A stretch of 64,000 bases of DNA, taken from positions 539 through 64,538 of the forward strand of contig CALXOF010000011.1 of NCBI GenBank assembly GCA_944389945.1, in the 5' to 3' direction. This document shows positions 1 through 9,331 of the stretch, in pieces (within the stretch, counting starts at the first letter, position 1; every line of letters begins with the position of its first letter). The notes beneath the pieces were generated by a model, which saw only the letters and a list, made by a program, of their open reading frames with translations, made no database searches and had not been told where the DNA came from. The position numbers and the translations under genes were made by a program. The stretch comes from an uncultured Kiritimatiellota bacterium. Lineage in GTDB: Bacteria; Verrucomicrobiota; Kiritimatiellia; RFP12; DVOR01.

Positions 1-1380
1 GAGACCATCTATTAATTTTAGTGTCTCCTCATCTTCAACCGAGACAATCAATGTTACTGTTCCAGAGTCCTTAAAGTCGTTAGCCGGGCCCGAGCGAATT
101 TCAATTTTGGCACCATCTTTATAGGCTTCCACCCAGTAGATATCAGCCCAAGGTTGCACCGCTGAGTGAAACGTAAGCCCGAACTTTTTCTCCAGTGCTT
201 CTTGAACGGCTTGAACCTCCTCTTCACGTTGCAATTCACTGCTCACATCGCAACGAAGGATGATAGCAACAATTCGATGACTATCCACTGTTCGTTCGAG
301 GTCTACATCCTTAAATCGACGAAAGGGGCGCGGCATAGTCCACGTTGCACGTTCATCGAATACCCAAAAAACTTCCTCATTGATTCTTTTAGGAAGAGGT
401 TGCCCCACTGTAATGCCAAAGATAGTAAAAGTAGGTGCCTTGATATTGGCGGCAACGGCCTGCCGAATCTTTGCCGGTGTACCACGTTGGGTAACTATTT
501 TCAGCGCAGTCGCGCCATCGTCACGAGCCTTGGTCACACTTGCACCATGTTTCAGCAAAAATTCCACCGCAGGGAAATTCTTCTCAAAAATAGCAGTCTG
601 CAACATTGTCTGCCCTTCATTACATACCGGTGTTTTATCCGGATCTGCACCATGTTTCAATAAGAATTGTGCGACTTCCAATGATTCTTTGTCGTTTTCA
701 AAAAACGCTCTATGCAATGCGAGATAAAGAGGCGTGAGGCCATCCAACGATGGATCCTCTGGATTCTTCACCTCTGCATCCACAGACGCACCACACTCCA
801 AGAGGATGCGCGCCATTTCCAGACGATTAAAATCACCGCCCTTCGCAGCAACGCATAACAATGCTGGGGCGCCATTTCGCTTGTTCCGCATGTCGAAATC
901 AAAATCGAATTCCTTAAGCACCTTTAGCCCTTCAGGGAAATTCGCCAACACACACTCTGTGGCATAAGTATTTCCGGAACCCAAAAGCGATTCTGGTGCT
1001 TGATATTCCAAGTCCAAACCTTTTTTTATCAGCTCTCGCATTCCTATTACACTATGATTCTCAATGGCCCGAGAGAGAAATGAAGCGTCGATATTTTTCT
1101 GCATCTCTTCCTGATTTGGTCTTCTAAAACGCGGACCATCTTCTTCTGTTGATACATCTTCCTCTATTTGCTCATCATCTTCTGAGGTGGACTCCGCTAC
1201 CGCTGGCGAATCTGCAATCTCATCCTTACCCTCCGAAATGGCATCCGCCGCCTCGGAGATGGTTTGAGATATCTCGGTAGTAGGTTGGGATTCCGGTTCC
1301 GCTTCCGGCTGTTGGGGTTGGTCACTGCAACCAATTGCGAGGAGCGACAGGCAAAGGGCGCCAATCAGTGTCCGTTTCAT
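1..1380 (-). CDS. Ankyrin-repeat lipoprotein (3' end of gene lies outside window; N-terminus at 1380)
   Basis: Reverse-strand translation from ATG at 1378-1380 gives MKRTLIGALCLSLLAIGCSD, a lipobox signal peptide. Downstream are multiple ankyrin-like repeats (LLKHGADPDKTPVCNEGQTMLQTAIFEKNFPAVEFLLKHGASV). The ORF continues in frame to the window edge and is absent from the ORF track because it is incomplete. Confidence 0.7.
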   Translation of the reverse strand, partial: MKRTLIGALCLSLLAIGCSDQPQQPEAEPESQPTTEISQTISEAADAISEGKDEIADSPAVAESTSEDDEQIEEDVSTEEDGPRFRRPNQEEMQKNIDASFLSRAIENHSVIGMRELIKKGLDLEYQAPESLLGSGNTYATECVLANFPEGLKVLKEFDFDFDMRNKRNGAPALLCVAAKGGDFNRLEMARILLECGASVDAEVKNPEDPSLDGLTPLYLALHRAFFENDKESLEVAQFLLKHGADPDKTPVCNEGQTMLQTAIFEKNFPAVEFLLKHGASVTKARDDGATALKIVTQRGTPAKIRQAVAANIKAPTFTIFGITVGQPLPKRINEEVFWVFDERATWTMPRPFRRFKDVDLERTVDSHRIVAIILRCDVSSELQREEEVQAVQEALEKKFGLTFHSAVQPWADIYWVEAYKDGAKIEIRSGPANDFKDSGTVTLIVSVEDEETLKLIDGL

Positions 1381-1571
1381 GTCCTTGTCCTTTCCATGAC
1401 GTACAACGATAACGTACTTATAGTACCACCCCCCCCCATTAAAGCAAGAGGAAAATCATTTTCTCGCAATATAATAGAAGAAATAGAGGAATGTCCCTTC
1501 GCCAGCGTTTCCTTACAAATCATGATACGCGGGGAGGCGAAAATGAAAGGGCCTGTAAGGGGGCTTTCTGA

Positions 1572-1664
1572 GACCCTATAGTGGTCGGAGGTCAACCACT
1601 ATAGTGGTCGAGGGTGAGACCCTATAGTGGTCGGGGTCGAAACCCTTAAGGGTCCAGAAAGGGC
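1572..1664 (+). repeat. REP-like palindromic element copy A1 (GACCCTATAGTGGTC / GACCACTATAGTGGTC triplet + ACCCTTAAGGGT)
   Basis: About 90-bp unit containing three copies of a 16-bp palindrome and a terminal ACCCTTAAGGGT palindrome. The same unit recurs at 1855, 14759, 28591, 35583, 49090 (partial) and 53046. Confidence 0.85.
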
Positions 1665-2137
1665 TATGGGACGCGTGCAATTTAGGCGTCGCCGGAGGCG
1701 ACAGCTCGGGCCCAAACCTCTTGGGCTCCTCCAAACCTCCAAACTTCCAAACCTCCAAGCGTCCAACCTTACAGGCCGTGTTCTTTGCGGAGGGCGCGGA
1801 GTTCGTCGCGGAGGAGGGCGGCGCGCTCAAACTCGAGGGCCTCGGCGGCCTGGCGACCCTATAGTGGTCGGAGGTCAACCACTATAGTGGTCGAGGGTGA
1901 GACCCTATAGTGGTCGGGGTCGAAACCCTTAAGGGTCCAGAAAGGGCTATGGGACGCGTGCAATTTAGGCGTCGCCGGAGGCGACAGCTCGGGCCCAAAC
2001 CTCTTGGGCTCCTCCAAACCTCCAAACTTCCAAACCTCCAAGCGTCCAACCTTACAGGCCGTGTTCTTTGCGGAGGGCGCGGAGTTCGTCGCGGAGGAGG
2101 GCGGCGCGCTCAAACTCGAGGGCCTCGGCGGCCTGGC
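1572..2137. repeat. 283-bp perfect tandem duplication (2 copies) containing the REP-like element, a CCAAACCTCCAAACTTCC tract and the last ~28 codons of uvrB
   Basis: Sequence 1572-1854 is repeated essentially identically at 1855-2137. The second copy runs into the intact uvrB 3' end (stop at 2052), so copy 1 carries a pseudo-fragment of the uvrB C-terminus. Confidence 0.85.
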
Positions 2138-4127
2138 GCATTTCGGCTTCCAGACGGGAGAGGGCCTCGAGGAGGTCTTCCTTGGCGAGGCCGAATTCAG
2201 CGACGAGAGAGGTGGGGGCGGGCTTTTTGGGCGGGGCGTGACGGCCCTTGCCGTGACGGGGTTGGCCGGGCGTGGGCGGGGCGGCGCCGCCGGGGGTGTC
2301 CTCGGCGGTGAGGTCCTCGTTGATGGCGCGGCGAACGGTGTGCGGGACGATGCCGTGGGCGGCGTTGTAGGCCTCCTGTTTGGCGCGGTGCTCGCGGGTG
2401 ACATCAAGGACGGCCTTGATGGCGGGGGTCTCGATGTCGGCATAGAGGATGACCTTGCCATCGACGTTGCGGGCGCAGCGGCCGGCGGTCTGAATGAGGG
2501 AGGTCTCGGAGCGCAGGAAGCCCTCTTTGTCGGCGTCGAGGATGGCGACGCGGGTAACCTCGGGGAGGTCGAGGCCCTCGCGCAGGAGGTTGACGCCAAT
2601 GAGCGCGTCGAAGTCTCCGCGGCGGAGGCGGCCCAAGATGTCCACGCGGCCGATGGCGTCGATGTCGGAGTGGAGCCACTCGGCGCGAACGCCGATGTCG
2701 GCGAGGTATTGCGAGAGGTCTTCGCAGGCGCGCTTGGTGAGGGCGGCGACGAGGGTGCGGCCGCCGCGCTCGGCGTTGGCGCGAATCTCCTCGATGAGGT
2801 CGTCTATCTGGCCGGCGAGGGGGCGGACCTCCACCACGGGGTCGAGGAGGCCGGTGGGGCGGATGACCTGCTGGGCGGTGACGGTGGAGACGGCGCGCTC
2901 GTGCGGGCCGGGCGTGGCGGAGACGTAGAGGATGCGGCCCACGCGCTCGTCGAACTCTTGGAAGGTGAGGGGGCGGTTGTCCTTGGCCGAGGGGAGACGG
3001 AAGCCGTTGTCCACGAGGATCTGCTTGCGGGCCTGGTCGCCGTTGTACATCGCGCGGATCTGGGGGAGCGTGACGTGGCTCTCGTCGATGATGCAGAGGA
3101 AGTCGCCGCCGAAGTAGTCGATGAGCGTGGGCGGGGGCACGCCGGAGGCGCGGTCGGCCAGGGGCGCGGAGTAGTTCTCGATGCCGGTGCAGTAACCCAT
3201 CTCCGCGAGCATGACGAGGTCGTACTCCGTGCGTTGGCGCAAGCGCTGCCCCTCGAGGAGCTTGCCGTCGCGGTCGAGTTCGGCCAGGCGTTCGCGGAGT
3301 TCCTCCTTGATGCGCTCGACGCCGCCCATGAGCTGGCTCTTGGGCATGACGAACTGCTTGGCGGGCGAGAGGAGGCACGAGGGCATCGAGCCGGCGACGC
3401 GCCCGGTGACGGCGTTGATGGACTTGAGGGACTCGATTTCGTCGCCGAAGAAGGAGACGCGGATGCCCTCGGTGGAATAGGAAGGGAAGATGTCGAGTAC
3501 GTCGCCGCGGACGCGGAAGACGCCGGGCTTGGGCTCGTAGTCGTTGCGCGTGTACTGAATCTCCGTCAGCTGGGCCATGAGGTCCTCGCGGACGATTTCC
3601 TGGCCCTCGCGCAGGGAGATCATCAGGCCGCGGTAATCCTCGGGCGAAAGCAGACCGTAGATGCAGGAGACGGAGGCGACGATGATGGTGTCGCGGCGAC
3701 CGAGGAGCGCGTGCGAGGCGGCCAGGCGGAAGCGCTCGAGGTCCTCGTTGATGGAGGCGTCCTTCTCGATGTAGGTGTCGGTCTGGGGGATGTACGCCTC
3801 GGGCTGATAGTAGTCGTAGTAGGAGATGAAGTACTCGACGGCGTTGTCGGGGAAGAAGCCCTTGAGCTCGGCGTAGAGCTGGGCCGCGAGGGTCTTGTTG
3901 TGCGAGATGACGAGGGTGGGCTTCTGGAGACGGGCGATGACGTTGGCCATTGTGAAGGTCTTGCCGCTGCCCGTCACGCCCTGGAGGATCTCGCGCGCGG
4001 CACCCTGCTCGAAGCCGCGGCAGACCGCGTCGATGGCCTCGGGCTGGTCGCCCATGGGCGCGAAGGGGGCTGACAGGCGAAAGCCCGCCGGCCCGGAGAC
4101 CCGCTCGTTCTCGAACCGCGTCTCCAC
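2052..4127 (-). CDS. uvrB: Excinuclease ABC subunit B (UvrB)
   Basis: 691-aa ORF with the UvrB N-terminus FRLSAPFAPMGDQPEAIDAV, Walker A GVTGSGKTFT and helicase motifs throughout. Start is probably GTG at 4127 or a nearby in-frame start. Confidence 0.95.
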   Translation of the reverse strand: METRFENERVSGPAGFRLSAPFAPMGDQPEAIDAVCRGFEQGAAREILQGVTGSGKTFTMANVIARLQKPTLVISHNKTLAAQLYAELKGFFPDNAVEYFISYYDYYQPEAYIPQTDTYIEKDASINEDLERFRLAASHALLGRRDTIIVASVSCIYGLLSPEDYRGLMISLREGQEIVREDLMAQLTEIQYTRNDYEPKPGVFRVRGDVLDIFPSYSTEGIRVSFFGDEIESLKSINAVTGRVAGSMPSCLLSPAKQFVMPKSQLMGGVERIKEELRERLAELDRDGKLLEGQRLRQRTEYDLVMLAEMGYCTGIENYSAPLADRASGVPPPTLIDYFGGDFLCIIDESHVTLPQIRAMYNGDQARKQILVDNGFRLPSAKDNRPLTFQEFDERVGRILYVSATPGPHERAVSTVTAQQVIRPTGLLDPVVEVRPLAGQIDDLIEEIRANAERGGRTLVAALTKRACEDLSQYLADIGVRAEWLHSDIDAIGRVDILGRLRRGDFDALIGVNLLREGLDLPEVTRVAILDADKEGFLRSETSLIQTAGRCARNVDGKVILYADIETPAIKAVLDVTREHRAKQEAYNAAHGIVPHTVRRAINEDLTAEDTPGGAAPPTPGQPRHGKGRHAPPKKPAPTSLVAEFGLAKEDLLEALSRLEAEMRQAAEALEFERAALLRDELRALRKEHGL

Positions 4128-4128
4128 C

Positions 4129-4713
4129 TTACTTCACGCCGATGCGCTGGGCGAAGAGAATTTCGTCCTCGCCGCGGCCCAGGGCGACGGCGAACTTGGC
4201 GCGGTCGACGGTGCCCAGGAAGACGGTCTTCCAGCCCTCGGAGGTGCAGAAGAGGTAGACATTCTGCCCGACGAAGCCGCAGTCGGCCAGCGCGGCGTCG
4301 CGGGACTGCATGGCCTTATTATAGTGGTAGATGAGGAGGGCGGAGGCGCCGCGCAGCTGGTCGTCCAGCTCCACGCAAGCGGGGGTCTCGATCAGCTCGT
4401 TGGCCACGGGATCCCACGTGAAGAGGCCATCCTTGGTGAGGACGGCGATCTCAATCTCGCGCTTGTCCATCGCCGAGGGCGCGGTGCGCTTGCCGTCGGG
4501 ACGCGTGATGCCGTTGGCGGCCCAGAGGAGGTTGGAGAGCTGCTGGGGCGTGGGGGCCTCGCCGGCCGTGCGGCGGCTGGTGGAACGCTTGGCCAACGCC
4601 TCCATCAAGGGCATCCCGCCCGTCTTCTGGGGTTCAGGCAACTTCACGTTCTCGGCCACGGCGCTCGCCGCCAGACCCAACATCGCAAACAACGCAATCG
4701 CACACTGCTTCAT
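4129..4713 (-). CDS. Secreted nitroreductase-family (SagB/ThcOx-like) protein
   Basis: Internal ATG gives MKQCAIALFAMLGLAASAVA, a signal peptide. LLWAANGITRPDG...RTAPSAMDKREIEIAV resembles the nitroreductase-family core. Confidence 0.55.
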   Translation of the reverse strand: MKQCAIALFAMLGLAASAVAENVKLPEPQKTGGMPLMEALAKRSTSRRTAGEAPTPQQLSNLLWAANGITRPDGKRTAPSAMDKREIEIAVLTKDGLFTWDPVANELIETPACVELDDQLRGASALLIYHYNKAMQSRDAALADCGFVGQNVYLFCTSEGWKTVFLGTVDRAKFAVALGRGEDEILFAQRIGVK

Positions 4714-4857
4714 GTCAGATTCCTTTCGTTCTTGCTTTGCATTATAGCATAGGGACGGCAACGCTGCCCCTATGCAGGAAGACAGAGAACAGAGAATGGA
4801 GAACTGAACGCAGGGGTGTTGCCAATCAGCCAATCAGCGGGACGGCAACGCCGCCCC

Positions 4858-5916
4858 TTAATCGAAGTGGATGCGGGGGTCAATCAGCATATAGCAGAAG
4901 TCGGAGAGGAGGTTGCCGAGGAGCTGGATGGAGGCGGTCATCACGAGCATCGCCATGAAGACGGCGTAGTCATGCTGCATCAACGCTTCGAGGGAGAGCT
5001 GGCCCATGCCGGGGATTTCGAAGAGGGTCTCGATAATCATCGAACCGGCGAAGAGGGCGCCCAGGATGCTGCCGAAGCCCGTCGCGATGGGAATCAAGGC
5101 GTTGCGCAGGGCGTGGCACCAGATGGCGCGCCGACGCGTGGCGCCTTTGGCCAGCACCGTGCGCACATATTCCGCGCTCATCTGTTCCATCAGCGAGTTC
5201 TTCATCATGATGGTCAGCAGGGCGAAGGAGGTCATCACATAGGCCGTCACGGGCAGGACCATGTGGTAGGCGCGGTCCCAGAACTGGGTCCACCAGCCGG
5301 CCTCTCCGGCGGCCACGGCCTGCACCACCGCGTCACTCTCGAAGCCACCGATGGGGAAGATGTCCCACAGGCCATCGACCGTGCCACTGAGGCACATCTT
5401 CAGAATCATACCGACCGCGAAGGCGGGGATCGAATAGGCCGTGAAGACCAGCGCACTGGTCGCGAAGTCGAAGGGTGCCCCATGGCGCAAGGCCTTCGCG
5501 ATGCCCAGCGGGATACAGACCAGATAGCTCAGCAGAAAGGCGACTACGCCGAACCACACCGAGACCGGCAGACGCTCGCTGATGCGCTCCCACGCCGTCG
5601 AGTCCGGATACATATAGCTATGCATGGACATGCCGAGGTGGTTTTCCACGGCCCAGGTGTAATACTGTTCCCAGATGGGACGGTCGAAACCGAACTGTTT
5701 GTTCAGCGTCGCGCGCATCTCTTCGCTGACCAGGGCCGCGTTTGCGCCGCCGCCGGCCTCGCCGCCACCGCCGCTCGCGCCCTGCATCTGCGCCAACATC
5801 ATATCCACCGGGCCGCCCGGCAACAGACGCGTCAGCAGGAAGCAAACCACCGTGATGCCGAAAAAGGTCGGCACCAACAACATCAAGCGACGAATCAAAT
5901 ACTGCAACCGGTTCAT
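4858..5916 (-). CDS. ABC transporter permease, OppB/YejB-like (peptide/microcin-type)
   Basis: Start MNRLQYLIRRLMLLVPTFFGITV is in frame at residue 291 of the track ORF. Multiple TM helices, an EAA-like loop, and an extended glycine-rich periplasmic loop typical of the YejB subgroup. The upstream part of the track ORF is repeat-derived and low-complexity. Confidence 0.8.
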   Translation of the reverse strand: MNRLQYLIRRLMLLVPTFFGITVVCFLLTRLLPGGPVDMMLAQMQGASGGGGEAGGGANAALVSEEMRATLNKQFGFDRPIWEQYYTWAVENHLGMSMHSYMYPDSTAWERISERLPVSVWFGVVAFLLSYLVCIPLGIAKALRHGAPFDFATSALVFTAYSIPAFAVGMILKMCLSGTVDGLWDIFPIGGFESDAVVQAVAAGEAGWWTQFWDRAYHMVLPVTAYVMTSFALLTIMMKNSLMEQMSAEYVRTVLAKGATRRRAIWCHALRNALIPIATGFGSILGALFAGSMIIETLFEIPGMGQLSLEALMQHDYAVFMAMLVMTASIQLLGNLLSDFCYMLIDPRIHFD

Positions 5917-6134
5917 CGGAACTCCCCTGCTCTGCGGAAACGACAATACCTTACCATAATCCTCCACCCCAGCGCAAATGGGCCGGCTCAATACTGTCCG
6001 GGGAAAATGGGAATCGCAAAGACGCAAGGGTAGGCGCGAACCGCTTCGGGCTCCATCGGTCGCTCTGCGGCTTCGCCGCTGACCGCGACCGCCGCCCTCC
6101 GTTTCGCGCCTTGTCGGGTTCTCGTGTCCCCATC

Positions 6135-6187
6135 CGTCGCCCCGCAGGGGCGCTCCGTTCTCCGTTTTCCGTTTTCCGTTCTCCGGC
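6135..6187. repeat. Mosaic intergenic repeat, family B (CGTCGCCCCGCAGGGGCG hairpin + CCGTTCTCCGTTTTCCG heptamer tract)
   Basis: Same composite unit at about 10808-10880, 11141-11210, 12891-12940, 14575-14690, 15105-15145, 28395-28470, 32095-32160, 39655-39745, 50495-50665, 52929-53010, 57725-57795 and 61340-61430. Confidence 0.85.
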
Positions 6188-6194
6188 GAACAGC

Positions 6195-7547
6195 CTAAGC
6201 CTGCTCGCCACGTCGGAGGGGGAGGAGGGTCGGCAAGGTGAGGGGAAGGGCCAGCAGGGCGGCGAGGAGATCGGCGAGGGATTGCGCGGCGACGACGCCG
6301 TTCAGGCCGAAGCAGAGGGGAAGGAGGGCGATGGCGGGGAGGAAACAGAGGCCTTGGCGGGAGGAGGCGCGGATGGGTTTGCGGATGGGTTTGCGGATGG
6401 CTTGCATCATCATGTTGCAGGGGACAATCCAGGCCGAGAGAACCAATGTGCCCATCTGCCAGCGTAGGGCCGAGGCGCCCACTTGGGTGACAAGCGGGTC
6501 GCCCGTCTGGAAGCAGTTGACCACCTCCGGGGCCCAAATCCAGCAGACTGCGGAGACGAGCGCGAGGAAGGCGCCGCCCGCGACGACCAGGAAGTGGAAA
6601 CCTTCGTAGACACGTCGCCAGAGCCGGGCGCCGTAGGCAAAGGCGCAGACCGGTTGGAAGCCTTGGCCCAGGCCGATGAGGGCCGCGCCGAAGAATTGGG
6701 TGAGGCGGGTGACGATGCCCATGCCGGCGAGGGCGGCGGCGCCGTAGGCCGCGGCGGCGTGGTTGAGCGCGGCCATCGCCACGCAAGCGAGGCCTTGGCG
6801 GAAGAGCGAGGGCGCACCGCCGCGCACAATCTCACCGAGCGCGGCGCGGGTGGGAGCAAAGGCCCGCAGACGCACGGGTACCACCGCGGCACGGCGGTTG
6901 AGTCGCCAGAGGAGCAGGAAGCTGACCGTCTGGCTGAGCGCAGTGGCGGCGGCGGCCCCGGCCACGCCCCACCCGAAGACGAAGATGAAGAGCGGGTCGA
7001 GCAGGCAGTTGAGGACGGCGCCGGCGACGATGCCGACCATCGCAAGGGTGGCTTTGCCCTGGAAGCGGAGTTGATTGTTGAGCGTGAGGGCCGCGCACAT
7101 GGGCGGCGCGCCGAGCAGGACGATGGCGACGTAGGGCGCGGCCACGGGGAGAAGGTCGGCGGGCGAGCCGATGGCCAGGGTGAGGGGTCGCAGGAAGAGC
7201 AGTCCCACCGCGGCGAGGATGCATCCGGCCAGCACGGAGCAGACCAACCCCACGGCGGCCATGCGCCGCGCGCCGTGGCGGTCCCCCGCGCCGAGCATGC
7301 GCGCCAGGGTGTTGCCCGAGCCGTGGCCGAAGAAGAAGCCCGTGGCCTGGATAACGGCCATAACGGGGAAGGCCACGCCCACGGCCGCCACGCTCGCGGT
7401 GTCGAGCCGCCCCACGAACCAAACGTCCGCCACGTTGTAGAAGGCGGAGATGAGCATGCTGGCGATGGTGGGGATGGCGAGACGCAGGATGAGCCCCCGC
7501 ACGGGGGCTTCGCGCAGGCGACGCAGGTCTTCGGTGGGGTGAGGCAC
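6195..7547 (-). CDS. MATE family efflux transporter
   Basis: 450 aa with 12 predicted TM segments. N-terminus LILRLAIPTIASMLISAFYNVADVWFVGRL is typical of MATE/NorM. Confidence 0.85.
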   Translation of the reverse strand: MPHPTEDLRRLREAPVRGLILRLAIPTIASMLISAFYNVADVWFVGRLDTASVAAVGVAFPVMAVIQATGFFFGHGSGNTLARMLGAGDRHGARRMAAVGLVCSVLAGCILAAVGLLFLRPLTLAIGSPADLLPVAAPYVAIVLLGAPPMCAALTLNNQLRFQGKATLAMVGIVAGAVLNCLLDPLFIFVFGWGVAGAAAATALSQTVSFLLLWRLNRRAAVVPVRLRAFAPTRAALGEIVRGGAPSLFRQGLACVAMAALNHAAAAYGAAALAGMGIVTRLTQFFGAALIGLGQGFQPVCAFAYGARLWRRVYEGFHFLVVAGGAFLALVSAVCWIWAPEVVNCFQTGDPLVTQVGASALRWQMGTLVLSAWIVPCNMMMQAIRKPIRKPIRASSRQGLCFLPAIALLPLCFGLNGVVAAQSLADLLAALLALPLTLPTLLPLRRGEQA

Positions 7548-7548
7548 G

Positions 7549-8052
7549 TCAGTTCAAGCGGCCGGACATCTTGTATTGGAAGAGCTGGGTGCGGATCTCG
7601 TTCTGGAGGGCCTCGTCGTAGGTGAACTTCTCAATCTTCTTGTGGTTCACGTTGGCGCGGACCAGGATTTTGGGGTAGAGCGGCGTGTCGTCATCGGGCT
7701 CACCCTCGTGGACGAAGAGGCCGGTGTCCACCAGGAGCTGGAGGGTCTGGCGGAAGAGCGCCGGGTCCATCTGGTAGTGGTACTTGCGGACATCGCCGAA
7801 GGAGGGGTCCTTGTAGTCGATGTTGAAGTCGTCTCCCACGGTTACGGACATGCCTTCGAGGATGGAGATTTGGCCTTCGTTGCGCATGTCACAGCGGACG
7901 CGCGGGGCGGTGGGGGACTCCTGGTAATAGATCTGCACCCAGTTGAGACGCGACTCCTCGACAGTGAATTCCTCGGGCGCGCGGTACCAATAGGGCGAGC
8001 AACCGGCGCAGGCGAGCAGGGCGAGGAGGGGCAGGAAGGCGAGACGTTTCAT
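7549..8052 (-). CDS. Hypothetical lipoprotein
   Basis: MKRLAFLPLLALLACAGCS lipobox; no recognisable domain. Start taken at the internal ATG (the track M is TTG). Confidence 0.55.
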   Translation of the reverse strand: MKRLAFLPLLALLACAGCSPYWYRAPEEFTVEESRLNWVQIYYQESPTAPRVRCDMRNEGQISILEGMSVTVGDDFNIDYKDPSFGDVRKYHYQMDPALFRQTLQLLVDTGLFVHEGEPDDDTPLYPKILVRANVNHKKIEKFTYDEALQNEIRTQLFQYKMSGRLN

Positions 8053-8064
8053 GGCGTGCTCCAA

Positions 8065-8664
8065 TCAAGGGGTGTCCCAAGGACGGTAAATGAAGAGGGG
8101 GGCCTCGCAACGGAGGCGGAGGGTGGGGGCCTCGGCGCGGTTGAGGGTGGCCCGCCAGAGGGAGGCCAGCAACAGGTCCTCCACCGGCCAGACGAGGCCG
8201 CGGGCCGTGACGCGTTGGGGCCGCAGGGAGATCAGCGAAACCGCGCCGCCGGGGCACACGTCCAGCGTGTGTTCGCCGGCGGGGAAGAGGTCGAAGCGGC
8301 CATCGTTCGCGAAGAGTGTGGCTTCGGTCGCGGTCTCGTAGATGTGCGCGAGGTTGGCGAGGGCGTGATCCATGCGGCGGCCCAAAACGGCGAAGTAGTC
8401 CAGCCGCGCGGCGGGGGCGTTGCGGCGGCACCAACGGATGGCCTTGGCCAGGTCGCAAGTCTCCTGTTCGTCCTCGTGGAAGAGGAGGCCCGGCGGGACG
8501 GCCTCGCGCAGGGTGTCGCCATCGCCCACCACCTGGAGGAGCGGGGGCGCGCCGGGCGGCGGCAGACGGTCGCAGCAAACGCAACCGTCGCAGGCCGCCA
8601 AGGCCGCGCGTTCCCCCGGTGTCTCGGGCGGGGCACCGTTCGCGATGACGGCCAGACGGGTCAT
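8065..8664 (-). CDS. Thiamine pyrophosphokinase-like protein
   Basis: 199 aa; VVGDGDTL and EDEQETCDLAKAI resemble TPK catalytic motifs. Its start overlaps the upstream HMA gene stop by 4 bp (ATGA). Confidence 0.45.
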   Translation of the reverse strand: MTRLAVIANGAPPETPGERAALAACDGCVCCDRLPPPGAPPLLQVVGDGDTLREAVPPGLLFHEDEQETCDLAKAIRWCRRNAPAARLDYFAVLGRRMDHALANLAHIYETATEATLFANDGRFDLFPAGEHTLDVCPGGAVSLISLRPQRVTARGLVWPVEDLLLASLWRATLNRAEAPTLRLRCEAPLFIYRPWDTP

Positions 8665-8867
8665 GGAACGAGCGTGTAGCCCAGGTCTTCGATGTCCGCC
8701 GCCAGGGTGTCGGGCAACGTGCCCACGACATCAAAGGCGTCCAGTCCGGCCTGGGTCACCTCCGTGACGCCCGGATAGCCGGCGAGCAATTTCCGCACGG
8801 CGCCCCGGCAATGGTCGCACATCATACCCTTGACGGTCACGCGGCGGGTGGTGTTCGGTTCGTTCAT
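8661..8867 (-). CDS. Heavy-metal-associated (HMA) domain metallochaperone, CopZ-like
   Basis: 68 aa with a GMMCDHC metal-binding motif near the N-terminus. Confidence 0.8.
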   Translation of the reverse strand: MNEPNTTRRVTVKGMMCDHCRGAVRKLLAGYPGVTEVTQAGLDAFDVVGTLPDTLAADIEDLGYTLVP

Positions 8868-9084
8868 GGTTGTTTCCTTTCATCAGTAGTATAGCATAGG
8901 GGCGGCGGCGTTGCCGCCACCCCGGGGAATGGAGCAATACTGTCCGGGAAAGTCCTCTCGTCGACCAACAGGGCGCCAAACTGTACCTTATATAAATAAG
9001 GCCACAGTGAGACCGGTTCCCCATGGTCAATCATTCGATACAAACACATCTATTCAGTTGTCAAAGATCAGGCGTGGTTGCTTC

Positions 9085-9190
9085 ATGACTGCTCCACGCA
9101 CCTTTGCCAAAGACCTGTCATTCGCCTTCTCTAAATCACTATCAACCACACTTTCTATAGTAAGATATGCCATCATTAAGACCTGTCATT
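9085..9190 (+). repeat. Mosaic repeat family H (…CAAAGACCTGTCATTCGCCTTCTCTAAATCA…)
   Basis: About 100-bp AT-richer unit. Related copies at 39850-39960 (reverse orientation) and 42125-42240 (partial). Confidence 0.75.
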
Positions 9191-9307
9191 TGGTACTTCG
9201 CTCTCGCCCGTCGCGCGCTTGCCGCGCGCTCCGTTCTCCAGGGCACCGCAGGTGCCCCTCCCCTCCAATCAGCTAATCAGACAATCAGCAGCATAAGGGC
9301 GGTTCTG

Positions 9308-9322
9308 CCGCCCTTATGCTAC
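9308..9322 (+). promoter_or_regulatory. Extended -10-like box (CTTATGCTACAAT) abutting the uvrC start
   Basis: TGcTACAAT lies 7 nt before the GTG. The same CTTATGCTACAAT box sits immediately before the ATG of the 54140 CDS. Confidence 0.35.
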
Positions 9323-9331
9323 AATTGCGCT

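Noticed and set aside
1576-2311. Several 60-250-aa ORFs in both strands across the REP/tandem-duplication region
   Set aside because: They translate palindromic repeat DNA. Identical peptides (e.g. MVGVETLKGPERAMGRVQFRRRRRR) appear twice simply because the DNA is duplicated.
2004-4073. 689-aa plus-strand ORF
   Set aside because: Antisense shadow of uvrB in a high-GC region. Its translation is low-complexity (G/A/E/L/V-rich) with no motifs, whereas the minus strand encodes an unmistakable UvrB.
8911-9276. 121-aa plus ORF and similar small ORFs over repeat family H (also the N-terminal extension of the 35687-39922 track ORF)
   Set aside because: The peptide (…FAKDLSFAFSKSLSTTLS…) is encoded by a dispersed repeat found at three loci, i.e. 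repeat-derived rather than a gene.
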